Assembly: GCA_964057225.1 (NCBI GenBank) | Contig: OZ059897.1 | Span: 434,001-498,000, forward strand | Reading direction: 5' to 3' | DNA length: 64,000 bases | Source: Auanema rhodensis | Lineage: Eukaryota > Animalia > Nematoda | Shown here: positions 11,586 to 24,924 of the stretch, piece after piece | Layout: each line of letters begins with the position of its first letter | Numbering within the stretch: position 1 is the stretch's first letter | Notes under the pieces: model-generated | The model's input: the letters and a program-made list of their open reading frames with translations, nothing else | Database searches by the model: none | What the model was told of the DNA's origin: nothing | Position numbers and translations under genes: made by a program

Positions 11586-14500
11586 AGTATAGTGCATTCG
11601 ATGCGGATTTTTAAGCTGGGTCGATCTGTGTTATCAGATTTGCGCTAGCTTAAAAATGCACCGAGATATCAACTGATATAGGTTCACATTTATATCCTCG
11701 ATTTTCACCGTGAAGAATTAATTTTTTTGTTGAATAACAATGTCCATCGTCTTTGTCTTGAAAAAAGGAATTTAAAAACATCTACTTTTTGTGAAATTAT
11801 GTTGAAATTTTTCGGGAAACTTTTTGTCAAAATGTTTTTGGAAGCAATGTTGAGTGTACATGGAAACTCAACATACACTAATGCATCATTTTTCAAACGA
11901 TCATAACTAATTTTTGTATTGAGCGTTTCTTAATGTAGTATAGTGCATTCGATGCGGATTTTTAAGCTGCGTCGATCTGTGTTATCAGATTTGCGCTAGC
12001 TTGAAAATGCACCGAGATATCAACTGATATAAGTTCACACTTATATCCTCGATTTTCACCGTGCAGAATTAATTTTTTTGTTGAATAACAATGTCCATCG
12101 TCTTTATCTTGAAAAAAGAAATCTAAAAACATCTACTTTTTGTGAAATTATTTTGAAATTTTTCGGGAAAATTTTTGTCAAAATGTTTTTGGAAGCAATG
12201 TTGAGTGTACATGGAAACTCAACATACACTAATGCATCATTTTTCAAACAATCATAACTAATTTTCGTATTAAGCTTTTCTTAATGTAGTATAGTGCATT
12301 CGATGCGGATTTTTAAGCTACGTCGATCTGTGTTATCAGATTTGCGCTGGCTTGAAGATGCACCGAGATATCAACTGATATAGGTTCACACTTATATCCT
12401 CGATTTTCACCGTGAAGAATTAATTTTTTTGTTGAATAACAATGTCCATCGTCTTTGTCTTGAAAAAAGGAATCTAAAAACATCTACTTTTTGTGAAATT
12501 ATGTTGAAATTTTTCGGGAAACTTTTTGTCAAAATGTTTTTGGAAGCAATGTTGAGTGTACATGGAAACTCAACATACACTAATGCATCATTTTTCAAAC
12601 GATCATAACTAATTTTTGTATTGAGTGTTTCTTAATGTAGTATAGTGCATTCGATGCGGATTTTTAAGCTGGGTCGATCTGTGTTATCAGATTTGCGCTA
12701 GCTTGAAAATGCACCGAGATATCAACTGATATAAGTTCACACTTATATCCTCGATTTTCACCGTGCAGAATTAATTTTTTTGTTGAATAACAATGTCCAT
12801 CGTCTTTATCTTGAAAAAAGGAATCTAAAAACATCTACTTTTTGTGAAATTATTTTGAAATTTTTCGGGAAAATTTTTGTCAAAATGTTTTTGGAAGCAA
12901 TGTTGAGTGTACATGGAAACTCAACATACACTAATGCATCATTTTTCAAACAATCATAACTAATTTTCGTATTAAGCTTTTCTTAATGTAGTATAGTGCA
13001 TTCGATGCGGATTTTTAAGCTACGTCGATCTGTGTTATCAGATTTGCGCTGGCTTGAAGATGCACCGAGATATCAACTGATATAGGTTCACACTTATATC
13101 CTCGATTTTCACCGTGAAGAATTAATTTTTTTGTTGAATAACAATGTCCATCGTCTTTGTCTTGAAAAAAGGAATCTAAAAACATCTACTTTTTGTGAAA
13201 TTATTTTGAAATTTTTCGGGAAAATTTTTGTCAAAATGTTTTTGGAAGCAATGTTGAGTGTACATGGAAACTCAACATACACTAATGCATCATTTTTCAA
13301 ACGATCATAACTAATTTTTGTATTGAGCGTTTTTTAATGTAGTATAGTGCATTCGATGCGGATTTTTAAGCTGCGTCGATCTGTGTTATCAGATTTGCGC
13401 TAGCTTAAAAATGCACCGAGATATCAACTGATATAAGTTCACACTTATATCCTCGATTTTCACCCTGAAGAATTAATTTTTTTGTTGAATAACAATGTCC
13501 ATCGTCTTTGTCTTGAAAAAAGGAATCTAAAAACATCTACTTTTTGTGAAATTATGTTGAAATTTTTCGGGAAACTTTTTGTCAAAATGTTTTTGGAAGC
13601 AATGTTGAGTGTACATGGAAACTCAACATACACTAATGCATCATTTTTCAAACGATCATAACTAATTTTTGTATTGAGTGTTTCTTAATGTAGTATAGTG
13701 CATTCGATGCGGATTTTTAAGCTGGGTCGATCTGTGTTATCAGATTTGCGCTAGCTTAAAAATGCACCGAGATATCAACTGATATAGGTTCACATTTATA
13801 TCCTCGATTTTCACCGTGAAGAATTAATTTTTTTGTTGAATAACAATGTCCATCGTCTTTGTCTTGAAAAAAGGAATTTAAAAACATCTACTTTTTGTGA
13901 AATTATGTTGAAATTTTTCGGGAAACTTTTTGTCAAAATGTTTTTGGAAGCAATGTTGAGTGTACATGGAAACTCAACATACACTAATGCATCATTTTTC
14001 AAACGATCATAACTAATTTTTGTATTGAGCGTTTCTTAATGTAGTATAGTGCATTCGATGCGGATTTTTAAGCTGCGTCGATCTGTGTTATCAGATTTGC
14101 GCTAGCTTGAAAATGCACCGAGATATCAACTGATATAAGTTCACACTTATATCCTCGATTTTCACCGTGCAGAATTAATTTTTTTGTTGAATAACAATGT
14201 CCATCGTCTTTATCTTGAAAAAAGAAATCTAAAAACATCTACTTTTTGTGAAATTATTTTGAAATTTTTCGGGAAAATTTTTGTCAAAATGTTTTTGGAA
14301 GCAATGTTGAGTGTACATGGAAACTCAACATACACTAATGCATCATTTTTCAAACAATCATAACTAATTTTCGTATTAAGCTTTTCTTAATGTAGTATAG
14401 TGCATTCGATGCGGATTTTTAAGCTACGTCGATCTGTGTTATCAGATTTGCGCTGGCTTGAAGATGCACCGAGATATCAACTGATATAGGTTCACACTTA

Positions 14501-15797
14501 TATCCTCGATTTTCACCGTGAAGAATTAATTTTTTTGTTGAATAACAATGTCCATCGTCTTTGTCTTGAAAAAAGGAATCTAAAAACATCTACTTTTTGT
14601 GAAATTATGTTGAAATTTTTCGGGAAACTTTTTGTCAAAATGTTTTTGGAAGCAATGTTGAGTGTACATGGAAACTCAACATACACTAATGCATCATTTT
14701 TCAAACGATCATAACTAATTTTTGTATTGAGTGTTTCTTAATGTAGTATAGTGCATTCGATGCGGATTTTTAAGCTGGGTCGATCTGTGTTATCAGATTT
14801 GCGCTAGCTTGAAAATGCACCGAGATATCAACTGATATAAGTTCACACTTATATCCTCGATTTTCACCGTGCAGAATTAATTTTTTTGTTGAATAACAAT
14901 GTCCATCGTCTTTATCTTGAAAAAAGGAATCTAAAAACATCTACTTTTTGTGAAATTATTTTGAAATTTTTCGGGAAAATTTTTGTCAAAATGTTTTTGG
15001 AAGCAATGTTGAGTGTACATGGAAACTCAACATACACTAATGCATCATTTTTCAAACAATCATAACTAATTTTCGTATTAAGCTTTTCTTAATGTAGTAT
15101 AGTGCATTCGATGCGGATTTTTAAGCTACGTCGATCTGTGTTATCAGATTTGCGCTGGCTTGAAGATGCACCGAGATATCAACTGATATAGGTTCACACT
15201 TATATCCTCGATTTTCACCGTGAAGAATTAATTTTTTTGTTGAATAACAATGTCCATCGTCTTTGTCTTGAAAAAAGGAATCTAAAAACATCTACTTTTT
15301 GTGAAATTATTTTGAAATTTTTCGGGAAAATTTTTGTCAAAATGTTTTTGGAAGCAATGTTGAGTGTACATGGAAACTCAACATACACTAATGCATCATT
15401 TTTCAAACGATCATAACTAATTTTTGTATTGAGCGTTTTTTAATGTAGTATAGTGCATTCGATGCGGATTTTTAAGCTGCGTCGATCTGTGTTATCAGAT
15501 TTGCGCTAGCTTAAAAATGCACCGAGATATCAACTGATATAAGTTCACACTTATATCCTCGATTTTCACCCTGAAGAATTAATTTTTTTGTTGAATAACA
15601 ATGTCCATCGTCTTTGTCTTGAAAAAAGGAATCTAAAAACATCTACTTTTTGTGAAATTCTTTTGAAATTTTTCGGGAAACTTTTTGTCAAAATGTTTTT
15701 GGAAGCAATGTTGAGTGTACATGGAAACTCAACATACACTAATGCATCATTTTTAGAACGATCATAACTAATTTTTGTATTGAGCGTTTCTCAATGT
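11586..15797. repeat. SatA tandem 6-monomer duplication (2106-bp offset)
   Basis: The private allele ggaatttaaaa occurs in the monomers with ORFs at 11705 and 13811, followed by the same order of variants. The sixth monomers differ slightly. Confidence 0.85.
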
Positions 15798-18700
15798 AGT
15801 ATAGTGCATTCGATGCGGATTTTTAAGCTGCGTCGATCTGTGTTATCAGATTTGCGCTAGCTTAAAAATGCACCGAGATATCAACTGATATAGGTTCACA
15901 TTTATATCCTCGATTTTCACCGTGAAGAATTAATTTTTTTGTTGAATAACAATGTCCATCGTCTTTGTCTTGAAAAAAGGAATCTGAAAACATCTACTTT
16001 TTGTGAAATTATTTTGAAATTTTTCGGGAAACTTTTTGTCAAAATGTTTTTGGAAGCAATGTTGAGTTTACATGGAAACTCAACATACACTAATGCATCA
16101 TTTTTCAAACGATCATAACTATTTTTTGTATTGAGTGTTTCTTAATGTAGTATAGTGCATTCGATGCGAATTTTTAAGCTGGGTCGATCTGTGTTATCAG
16201 ATTTGCGCTAGCTTAAAAATGCACCGAGATATCAACTGATATAAGTTCACACTTATATCCTCGATTTTCACCCTGAAGAATTAATTTTTTTGTTGAATAA
16301 CAATGTCCATCGTCTTTGTCTTAAAAAAAGGAATCTAAAAACATCTACTTTTCTTGAAATTATGTTGAAATTTTTCGGGAAAATGTTTGTCAAAATGTTT
16401 TTGGAAGCAATGTTGAGTGTACATGGAAACTCAACATATACTAATGCATCATTTTTCAAACGATCATAACTAATTTTTGTATTGAGTGTTTCTTAATGTA
16501 GTATAGTGCATTCGATGCGGATTTTTAAGCTGGGTCGATCTGTGTTATCAGATTTGCGCTAGCTTAAAAATGCACCGAGATATCAACTGATATAGGTTCA
16601 CACTTATATCCTCGATTTTCACCGTGAAGAATTAATTTTTTTGTTGAATAACAATGTCCATCGTCTTTGTCTTGAAAAAAGTAATCTAAAAACATCTACT
16701 TTTTGTGAAATTATTTTGAAATTTTTCGGGAAACTTTTTGTCAAAATGTTTTTGGAAGCAATGTTGAGTGTACATGGAAACTCAACATACACTAATGCAT
16801 CATTTTTCAAACAATCATAACTAATTTTCGTATTAAGCTTTTCTTAATGTAGTATAGTGCATTCGATGCGGATTTTTAAGCTACGTCGATCTGTGTTATC
16901 AGATTTGCGCTGGCTTGAAGATGCACCGAGATATCAACTGATATAGGTTCACACTTATATCCTCGATTTTCACCGTGAAGAATTAATTTTTTTGTTGAAT
17001 AACAATGTCCATCGTCTTTGTCTTGAAAAAAGGAATCTAAAAACATCTACTTTTTGTGAAATTATTTTGAAATTTTTCGGGAAACTTTTTGTCAAAATGT
17101 TTTTGGAAGCAATGTTGAGTTTACATGGAAACTCAACATACACTAATGCATCATTTTTCAAACGATCATAACTAATTTTTGTATTAAGCTTTTCTTAATG
17201 TAGTATAGTGCATTCGATGCGGATTTTTAAGCTACGTCGATCTGTGTTATCAGATTTGCGCTGGCTTGAAGATGCACCGAGATATCAACTGATATAGGTT
17301 CACACTTATATCCTCGATTTTCACCGTGAAGAATTAATTTTTTTGTTGAATAACAATGTCCATCGTCTTTGTCTTGAAAAAAGGAATCTAAAAACATCTA
17401 CTTTTTGTGAAATTATTTTGAAATTTTTCGGGAAACTTTTTGTCAAAATGTTTTTGGAAGCAATGTTGAGTTTACATGGAAACTCAACATACACTAATGC
17501 ATCATTTTTCAAACAATCATAACTAATTTTCGTATTAAGCTTTTCTTAATGTAGTATAGTGCATTCGATGCGGATTTTTAAGCTACGTCGATCTGTGTTA
17601 TCAGATTTGCGCTGGCTTGAAGATGCACCGAGATATCAACTGATATAGGTTCACACTTATATCCTCGATTTTCACCGTGAAGAATTAATTTTTTTGTTGA
17701 ATAACAATGTCCATCGTCTTTGTCTTGAAAAAAGGAATCTAAAAACATCTACTTTTTGTGAAATTATGTTGAAATTTTTCGGGAAACTTTTTGTCAAAAT
17801 GTTTTTGGAAGCAATGTTGAGTGTACATGGAAACTCAACATACACTAATGCATCATTTTTCAAACGATCATAACTAATTTTTGTATTGAGTGTTTCTTAA
17901 TGTAGTATAGTGCATTCGATGCGGATTTTTAAGCTGGGTCGATCTGTGTTATCAGATTTGCGCTAGCTTGAAAATGCACCGAGATATCAACTGATATAAG
18001 TTCACACTTATATCCTCGATTTTCACCGTGCAGAATTAATTTTTTTGTTGAATAACAATGTCCATCGTCTTTATCTTGAAAAAAGGAATCTAAAAACATC
18101 TACTTTTTGTGAAATTATTTTGAAATTTTTCGGGAAAATTTTTGTCAAAATGTTTTTGGAAGCAATGTTGAGTGTACATGGAAACTCAACATACACTAAT
18201 GCATCATTTTTCAAACAATCATAACTAATTTTCGTATTAAGCTTTTCTTAATGTAGTATAGTGCATTCGATGCGGATTTTTAAGCTACGTCGATCTGTGT
18301 TATCAGATTTGCGCTGGCTTGAAGATGCACCGAGATATCAACTGATATAGGTTCACACTTATATCCTCGATTTTCACCGTGAAGAATTAATTTTTTTGTT
18401 GAATAACAATGTCCATCGTCTTTGTCTTGAAAAAAGGAATCTAAAAACATCTACTTTTTGTGAAATTATTTTGAAATTTTTCGGGAAAATTTTTGTCAAA
18501 ATGTTTTTGGAAGCAATGTTGAGTGTACATGGAAACTCAACATACACTAATGCATCATTTTTCAAACGATCATAACTAATTTTTGTATTGAGCGTTTTTT
18601 AATGTAGTATAGTGCATTCGATGCGGATTTTTAAGCTGCGTCGATCTGTGTTATCAGATTTGCGCTAGCTTAAAAATGCACCGAGATATCAACTGATATA

Positions 18701-20009
18701 AGTTCACACTTATATCCTCGATTTTCACCCTGAAGAATTAATTTTTTTGTTGAATAACAATGTCCATCGTCTTTGTCTTGAAAAAAGGAATCTAAAAACA
18801 TCTACTTTTTGTGAAATTCTTTTGAAATTTTTCGGGAAACTTTTTGTCAAAATGTTTTTGGAAGCAATGTTGAGTGTACATGGAAACTCAACATACACTA
18901 ATGCATCATTTTTAGAACGATCATAACTAATTTTTGTATTGAGCGTTTCTCAATGTAGTATAGTGCATTCGATGCGGATTTTTAAGCTGCGTCGATCTGT
19001 GTTATCAGATTTGCGCTAGCTTAAAAATGCACCGAGATATCAACTGATATAGGTTCACATTTATATCCTCGATTTTCACCGTGAAGAATTAATTTTTTTG
19101 TTGAATAACAATGTCCATCGTCTTTGTCTTGAAAAAAGGAATCTAAAAACATCTACTTTTTGTGAAATTATGTTGAAATTTTTCGGGAAACTTTTTGTCA
19201 AAATGTTTTTGGAAGCAATGTTGAGTGTACATGGAAACTCAACATACACTAATGCATCATTTTTCAAACGATCATAACTAATTTTTTTATTGAGTGTTTC
19301 TTAATGTAGTATAGTGCATTCGATGCGGATTTTTAAGCTGGGTCGATCTGTGTTATCAGATTTGCGCTAGCTTAAAAATGCACCGAGATATCAACTGATA
19401 TAGGTTCACATTTATATCCTCGATTTTCACCGTGAAGAATTAATTTTTTTGTTGAATAACAATGTCCATCGTCTTTGTCTTGAAAAAAGGAATCTGAAAA
19501 CATCTACTTTTTGTGAAATTATTTTGAAATTTTTCGGGAAACTTTTTGTCAAAATGTTTTTGGAAGCAATGTTGAGTTTACATGGAAACTCAACATACAC
19601 TAATGCATCATTTTTCAAACGATCATAACTATTTTTTGTATTGAGTGTTTCTTAATGTAGTATAGTGCATTCGATGCGAATTTTTAAGCTGGGTCGATCT
19701 GTGTTATCAGATTTGCGCTAGCTTAAAAATGCACCGAGATATCAACTGATATAAGTTCACACTTATATCCTCGATTTTCACCCTGAAGAATTAATTTTTT
19801 TGTTGAATAACAATGTCCATCGTCTTTGTCTTAAAAAAAGGAATCTAAAAACATCTACTTTTCTTGAAATTATGTTGAAATTTTTCGGGAAAATGTTTGT
19901 CAAAATGTTTTTGGAAGCAATGTTGAGTGTACATGGAAACTCAACATATACTAATGCATCATTTTTCAAACGATCATAACTAATTTTTGTATTGAGTGTT
20001 TCTTAATGT

Positions 20010-22640
20010 AGTATAGTGCATTCGATGCGGATTTTTAAGCTGGGTCGATCTGTGTTATCAGATTTGCGCTAGCTTAAAAATGCACCGAGATATCAACTGA
20101 TATAAAGTTCACACTTATATCCTCGATTTTCACCGTGAAGAATTGATTTTTTTGTTAAATAACAATGTCCATCGTCTTTGTTTCGAAAAAAGGAATCTAA
20201 AAACTTCTACTTTTTGTGAAATTATTTTGAAATTTTTCGGGAAAATTTTTGTCAAAATGTTTTTGGAAGCAATGTTGTGTGTACATGGAAACTCAACATA
20301 CGCTAATGCATCATTTTTCAAACGATCATAACTAATTTTTGTATTGAGTGTTTCCCAATGTAGTATAGTGCATTCGATGTGGATTTTTAAGCTGCGTCGA
20401 TCTGTGTTATCAGATTTGCGCTAGCTTAAAAATGCACCGAGATATCAACTGATATAGGTTCACACTTATATCCTCGATTTTCACCGTGAAGAATTAATTT
20501 TTTTGTTGAATAACAATGTCCATCGTCTTTGTCTTGAAAAAAGTAATCTAAAAACATCTACTTTTTGTGAAATTATTTTGAAATTTTTCGGGAAACTTTT
20601 TGTCAAAATGTTTTTGGAAGCAATGTTGAGTGTACATGGAAACTCAACATACACTAATGCATCATTTTTCAAACGATCATAACTAATTTTTGTATTGAGT
20701 GTTTCCCAATGTAGTATAGTGCATTCGATGTGGATTTTTAAGCTGCGTCGATCTGTGTTATCAGATTTGCGCTAGCTTAAAAATGCACCGAGATATCAAC
20801 TGATATAGGTTCACATTTATATCCTCGATTTTCACCGTGAAGAATTAATTTTTTTGTTGAATAACAATGTCCATCGTCTTTGTCTTGAAAAAAGGAATCT
20901 GAAAACATCTACTTTTTGTGAAATTATTTTGAAATTTTTCGGGAAACTTTTTGTCAAAATGTTTTTGGAAGCAATGTTGAGTTTACATGGAAACTCAACA
21001 TACACTAATGCATCATTTTTCAAACGATCATAACTATTTTTTGTATTGAGTGTTTCTTAATGTAGTATAGTGCATTCGATGCGAATTTTTAAGCTGGGTC
21101 GATCTGTGTTATCAGATTTGCGCTAGCTTAAAAATGCACCGAGATATCAACTGATATAAGTTCACACTTATATCCTCGATTTTCACCCTGAAGAATTAAT
21201 TTTTTTGTTGAATAACAATGTCCATCGTCTTTGTCTTAAAAAAAGGAATCTAAAAACATCTACTTTTCGTGAAATTATGTTGAAATTTTTCGGGAAAATG
21301 TTTGTCAAAATGTTTTTGGAAGCAATGTTGAGTGTACATGGAAACTCAACATATACTAATGCATCATTTTTCAAACGATCATAACTAATTTTGTATTGAG
21401 TGTTTCTTAATGTAGTATAGTGCATTCGATGCGGATTTTTAAGCTGGGTCGATCTGTGTTATCAGATTTGCGCTAGCTTAAAAATGCACCGAGATATCAA
21501 CTGATATAAAGTTCACACTTATATCCTCGATTTTCACCGTGAAGAATTGATTTTTTTGTTAAATAACAATGTCCATCGTCTTTGTTTCGAAAAAAGGAAT
21601 CTAAAAACTTCTACTTTTTGTGAAATTATTTTGAAATTTTTCGGGAAAATTTTTGTCAAAATGTTTTTGGAAGCAATGTTGTGTGTACATGGAAACTCAA
21701 CATACGCTAATGCATCATTTTTCAAACGATCATAACTAATTTTTGTATTGAGTGTATCCCAATGTAGTATAGTGCATTCGATGTGGATTTTTAAGCTGCG
21801 TCGATCTGTGTTATCAGATTTGCGCTAGCTTAAAAATGCACCGAGATATCAACTGATATAGGTTCACACTTATATCCTCGATTTTCACCGTGAAGAATTA
21901 ATTTTTTTGTTGAATAACAATGTCCATCGTCTTTGTCTTGAAAAAAGTAATCTAAAAACATCTACTTTTTGTGAAATTATTTTGAAATTTTTCGGGAAAC
22001 TTTTTGTCAAAATGTTTTTGGAAGCAATGTTGAGTGTACATGGAAACTCAACATACACTAATGCATCATTTTTCAAACGATCATAACTAATTTTTGTATT
22101 GAGCGTTTCTCCATATAGTATAGTGCATTCGATGCGGATTTTTAAGCTGGGTCGATCTGTGTTATCAGATTTGCGCTAACTTAAAAATGCACCGAGATAT
22201 CAACTGATATAGGTTCACATTTATATCCTCGATTTTCACCGTGAAGAATTAATTTTTTTGTTGAATAACAATGTCCATCGTCTTTGTCTTGAAAAAAGGA
22301 ATCTAAAAACATCTACTTTTTGTGAAATTATTTTGAAATTTTTCGGGAAACTTTTTGTCAAAATGTTTTTGGAAGCAATGTTGAGTGTACATGGAAACTC
22401 AACATACACTAATGCATCATTTTTCAAACGATCATAACTAATTTTTGTATTGAGTGTTTCTTAATGTAGTATAGTGCATTCGATGCGGATTTTTAAGCTG
22501 GGTCGATCTGTGTTATCAGATTTGCGCTAGCTTAAAAATGCACCGAGATATCAACTGATATAGGTTCACACTTATATCCTCGATTTTCACCGTGAAGAAT
22601 TGATTTTTTTGTTGAATAACAATGTCCATCGTCTTTGTCT
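20010..22640. repeat. Dispersed copy of SatA block 1-~2630 (offset 20008-20009 bp, 57 monomers)
   Basis: The variant order of monomers 1-7 (ORFs 121...2228) recurs at 20130...22236. A 1-bp T deletion near 21390 shifts the offset by one. Confidence 0.88.
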
Positions 22641-24924
22641 TGAAAAAAGGAATCTAAAAACATCTACTTTTTGTGAAATTATTTTGAAATTTTTTGGGAA
22701 ACTTTTTGTCAAAATGTTTTTGGAAGCAATGTTGAGTGTACATGGAAACTCAACATACACTAATGCATCATTTTTCAAACGATCATAACTAATTTTTGTA
22801 TTGAGCTTTTCTCAATGTAGTATAGTGCATTCGATGCGGATTTTTAAGCTGGGTCGATCTGTGTTATCAGATTTGCGCTAGCTTAAAAATGCACCGAGAT
22901 ATCAACTGATATAGGTTCACACTTATATCCTCGATTTTCACCGTGAAGAATTGATTTTTTTGTTGAATAACAATGTCCATCGTCTTTGTCTTGAAAAAAG
23001 GAATCTAAAAACTTCTACTTTTTGTGAAATTATTTTGAAATTTTTCGGGAAAATTTTTGTCAAAATGTTTTTGGAAGCAATGTTGTGTGTACATGGAAAC
23101 TCAACATACACTAATGCATCATTTTTCAAACGATCATAACTAATTTTTGTATTGAGTGTTTCTCAATGTAGTATAGTGCATTCGATGCGGATTTTTAAGC
23201 TGGGTCGATCTGTGTTATCAGATTTGCGCTAGCTTAAAAATGCACCGAGATATCAACTGATATAAGTTCACACTTATATCCTCGATTTTCACCCTGAAGA
23301 ATTAATTTTTTTTTGAATAACAATGTCCATCGTCTTTGTCTTGAAAAAAGGAATCTAAAAACATCTACTTTTTGTGAAATTATTTTGAAATTTTTCGGGA
23401 AACTTTTTGTCAAAATGTTTTTGGAAGCAATGTTGAGTGTACATGGAAACTCAACATACACTAATGCATCATTTTTCAAACGATCATAACTAATTTTTGT
23501 ATTGAACGTTTCTTAATGTAGTATAGTGCATTCGATGCGGATTTTTAAGCTGCGTCGATCTGTGTTATCAGATTTGCGCTAGCTTAAAAATGCACCGAGA
23601 TATCAACTGATATAGGTTCACACATATATCCTCGATTTTCACCGTGAAGAATTAATTTTTTTTGTTGAATAACAATGTCCATCGTCTTTGTCTTGAAAAA
23701 AGGAATCTAAAAACATCTACTTTTTGTGAAATTATTTTGAAATTTTTCGGGAAACTTTTTGTCAAAATGTTTTTGGAAGCAATGTTGAGTGTACATGGAA
23801 ACTCAACATACACTAATGCATCATTTTTCAAACGATCATAACTAATTTTTGTATTGAGCGTTTCTTAATGTAGTATAGTGCATTCGATGCGGATTTTTAA
23901 GCTGGGTCGATCTGTGTTATCAGATTTGCGCTAGCTTAAAAATGCACCGAGATATCAACTGATATAGGTTCACACTTATATCCTCGATTTTCACCGTGAA
24001 GAATTAATTTTTTTGTTGAATAACAATGTCCATCGTTTTTGCCTCGAAAAAAGGAATCTAAAAACATCTACTTTTCGCTAAATTATTTTGAAATTTTTCG
24101 AAAAAATTTTTGTCAAAATGTTTTTGGAAGCAATGTTGAGTGTACATGGAAACTCAACATACACTAATGCATCATTTTTCAAACGATCATAACTAATTTT
24201 TGTATTGAGCGTTTCTTAATGTAGTATAGTGCATTCGATGCGGATTTTTAAGCTGGGTCGATCTGTGTTATCAGATTTGCGCTAGCTTAAAAATGCACCG
24301 AGATATCAACTGATATAGGTTCACACTTATATCCTCGATTTTCACCGTGAAAAATTAATTTTTTTGTTGAATAACAATGTCCATCGTCTTTGTCTTGAAA
24401 AAAGGAATCTAAAAACATCTACTTTTTGTGAAATTATTTTGAAATTTTTCGGGAAACTTTTTGTCAAAATGTTTTTGGAAGCAATGTTGAGTGTACATGG
24501 AAACTCAACATACACTAATGCATCATTTTTCAAACGATCATAACTAATTTTTGTATTGAGCGTTTCTCCATGTAGTAAAGTGCATTCGATGCGGATTTTT
24601 AAGCTGCGTCGATCTGTGTTATCAGATTTGCGCTAGCTTAAAAATGCACCGAGATATCAACTGATATAAGTTCACACTTATATCCTCGCTTTTCACCCTG
24701 AAGAATCAATTTTTTTGTTGAATAACAATGTCCATCGTCTTTGTCTTGAAAAAAGGAATCTAAAAACATCTACTTTTTGTGAAATTATTTTGAAATTTTT
24801 CGGGAAACTTTTTGTCAAAATGTTTTTGGAAGCAATGTTGAGTGTACATGGAAACTCAACATACACTAATGCATCATTTTTCAAACGATCATAACTAATT
24901 TTTGTATTGAGCGTTTCTCCATGT

